Source of the DNA: an uncultured Gammaproteobacteria bacterium
GTDB taxonomy: Bacteria; Patescibacteriota; Patescibacteriia; Patescibacteriales; WJLG01
Length of the DNA stretch: 62,642 nt
Assembly: GCA_964602485.1 (NCBI GenBank)
Contig: CAZRQU010000004.1
Coordinates: forward strand, 946 to 63,587
Reading direction: 5' to 3'
Shown here: piece by piece, positions 61,429 to 62,642 of the stretch
How positions within the stretch are numbered: position 1 is the stretch's first letter
How the letters are laid out: each line of letters begins with the position of its first letter
The notes under the pieces: model-generated
Database searches by the model: none
What the model saw: only the letters and a program-made list of their open reading frames with translations
Told to the model about the DNA's origin: nothing
Made by a program: the position numbers and the translations under genes

Positions 61429-61894
61429 AGGGTTTTGTTTCTGTTTTATGCTTTACTCCCTCTCCCCATAAATACACAAGGGGGTGTGCATCTATAGGAT
61501 AAGGGTAAAATTGTGTGTGCTTCGCTAATATATATGAAATATATATATTCTAACAATTCAACACTGCTCGAATTCGGTTGTAAAAAGAACAAATATTCCC
61601 CGTTCATTAGAAAAGGGAAGAACTTGCCTGTTCTAGCTTATCCACGCATTATCCACTACTTTAATATTATAGCAGTTTTAAGGGGGGTTGAACATATAGT
61701 GCTGTTTTTTTCAAGTTCATATCAATATATTGAACTAATTTTAGTAAAATATATAACTTAAATATCAGTTTATCACTTATTTTATTAAGCAGCTGATCAG
61801 GTTTTTTTAAGAGTAATCCACAAGGGAGTTAAAGAAAGGAATTTGTGCTATAATTCAACTTAAGAAGACGATTAAATCATAACCATTATTTTTT

Positions 61895-62506
61895 ATGTCA
61901 AAGATAAAAAAAATAACTGACTTCATTTATGAGATCGGACAGCTTAAGTACATACCTCATGCCGGTATTTACAGGACCGGGGTCAAATATCCTGATACGG
62001 TCGGGCAACATGTGGCCCGCGCTTGTCAGATAGGTTATATTTTGGCGGTAATGGAAGAAGTGGATCCGGAAAGGGTTACCACTATGCTGGCTGTTCATGA
62101 TAATGCCGAGGCTAGGATAATGGACCAGGACAAGGTTGGCTCCAGATATATAAATAAAAAGAAGGGAGAGAAAGAAGCAATAAAGGAGCAAACCGAAGGT
62201 TTGGATAAGACGGTTAGGGATAATTTCAGGAAATATTTTGAGGAGACGGAAGAAGGAACGACCAAAGAAGGGGTAGTAGCCAAAGATGCTGATTGGCTAG
62301 AGTTGGCTTTCGCTGCCAGAGAGTTGATCGAGATAGGTTATAAAGAGGCCAAGGTCTGGGTGGAGAATGTAGAGAAATCTCTAAAGACAAAGTCGGCTAA
62401 AAAGATATTAACTGAAGCGAAGAAGACAAGTTTTACTGATTGGTGGAAAGAGTATAATGTTTATGAACCTAATGAAGGAAAGAATAAGAAAAAGAAGAGA
62501 AAATAA
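61895..62506 (+). CDS. HD-domain phosphohydrolase (YfbR-like)
   Basis: DTVGQHVARACQIGYILA .. LAVHDNAEARIMD .. KDADWLE (H..HD..D pattern). Lys-rich tail. Confidence 0.8.
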   Translation: MSKIKKITDFIYEIGQLKYIPHAGIYRTGVKYPDTVGQHVARACQIGYILAVMEEVDPERVTTMLAVHDNAEARIMDQDKVGSRYINKKKGEKEAIKEQTEGLDKTVRDNFRKYFEETEEGTTKEGVVAKDADWLELAFAARELIEIGYKEAKVWVENVEKSLKTKSAKKILTEAKKTSFTDWWKEYNVYEPNEGKNKKKKRK

Positions 62507-62521
62507 GAAGAGGAAGGTTCG

Positions 62522-62589
62522 ATCCCCCTAGGACATAAAATAAAAAAGCTGACATTCGTTAGCTTTTTTATTTTATGTCCTAGGGGGAT
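62522..62589. repeat. Perfect 29-bp inverted repeat with 10-nt loop
   Basis: atccccctaggacataaaataaaaaagct - gacattcgtt - agcttttttattttatgtcctagggggat, 16 nt after the HD gene stop. Confidence 0.8.
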
Positions 62590-62642
62590 TCCGCCTCGTT
62601 CTCGCTTCCGCTCGAACTTCGTTGTCCTGTGCAGAGCCAAGC

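Noticed and set aside
61513-61761. 82-aa ORF in the AT-rich spacer before the HD gene
   Set aside because: It has a GTG start without an RBS and an implausible composition. It overlaps the DnaA-box-like cluster, so the region is more likely non-coding.
1-62642. CRISPR arrays, rRNA genes, intact IS/transposase or integrase genes
   Set aside because: No regularly spaced direct repeats and no rRNA-like conserved blocks were seen. The only transposase signal is the truncated tnpA remnant at 15956-16123.
62507-62642. tRNA/tmRNA-like signal (ggttcgatcccc) at the window end
   Set aside because: No complementary T-stem or acceptor stem can be formed. The sequence is part of the 29-bp inverted repeat.

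Overview
This 62.6 kb bacterial window has no rRNA, one tRNA, no CRISPR array and no intact transposase or integrase. Positions 1-21.3 kb are visibly more AT-rich than the rest, and all genes there lie on the + strand. This part reads as a defence/accessory island. It holds RadC and a split type I R-M locus (half-size hsdS, hsdM, five inserted genes including DUF3800 and a TIGR04141/DUF6119-like protein, full hsdS, hsdR, YgjP-type metallopeptidase). It also holds a membrane-anchored Pif1-like helicase, HNH and NERD nucleases, an IS200/IS605 tnpA remnant and five copies of a REP-like hairpin element. Positions 21.4-62.6 kb have higher GC, mixed strands and strong TTGACA/TATAAT promoters with clean hairpin terminators. 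Housekeeping genes here are glmS, topA, dprA, pth, der, an LCP protein, lgt, PGI/PMI and tRNA-Gly. Redox and envelope genes include rubredoxin, hemerythrin, a PQQ sugar dehydrogenase, GH17, TspO and several lipoproteins. The observations I rate highest: (1) an isolated, translationally coupled PRTase-like/NADAR gene pair; (2) three leader-peptide attenuators with identical leaderless geometry (Ile-rich before a cimA-like gene, Leu-rich before leuA, Thr/Lys/Asn/Asp-rich before an uncharacterised HprK/PEPCK-fold P-loop protein); (3) the gene cassette inserted inside the type I R-M operon; (4) the REP/RAYT-like repeat family; (5) two promoter/terminator-delimited candidate ncRNAs. CDS coordinates come from the ORF track, with some starts moved by exact codon counting. 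Small ORFs, hairpins, promoters and repeats were hand-counted and may be off by 1-2 nt. No database search or computation was run; all family calls rest on motif recognition from memory.
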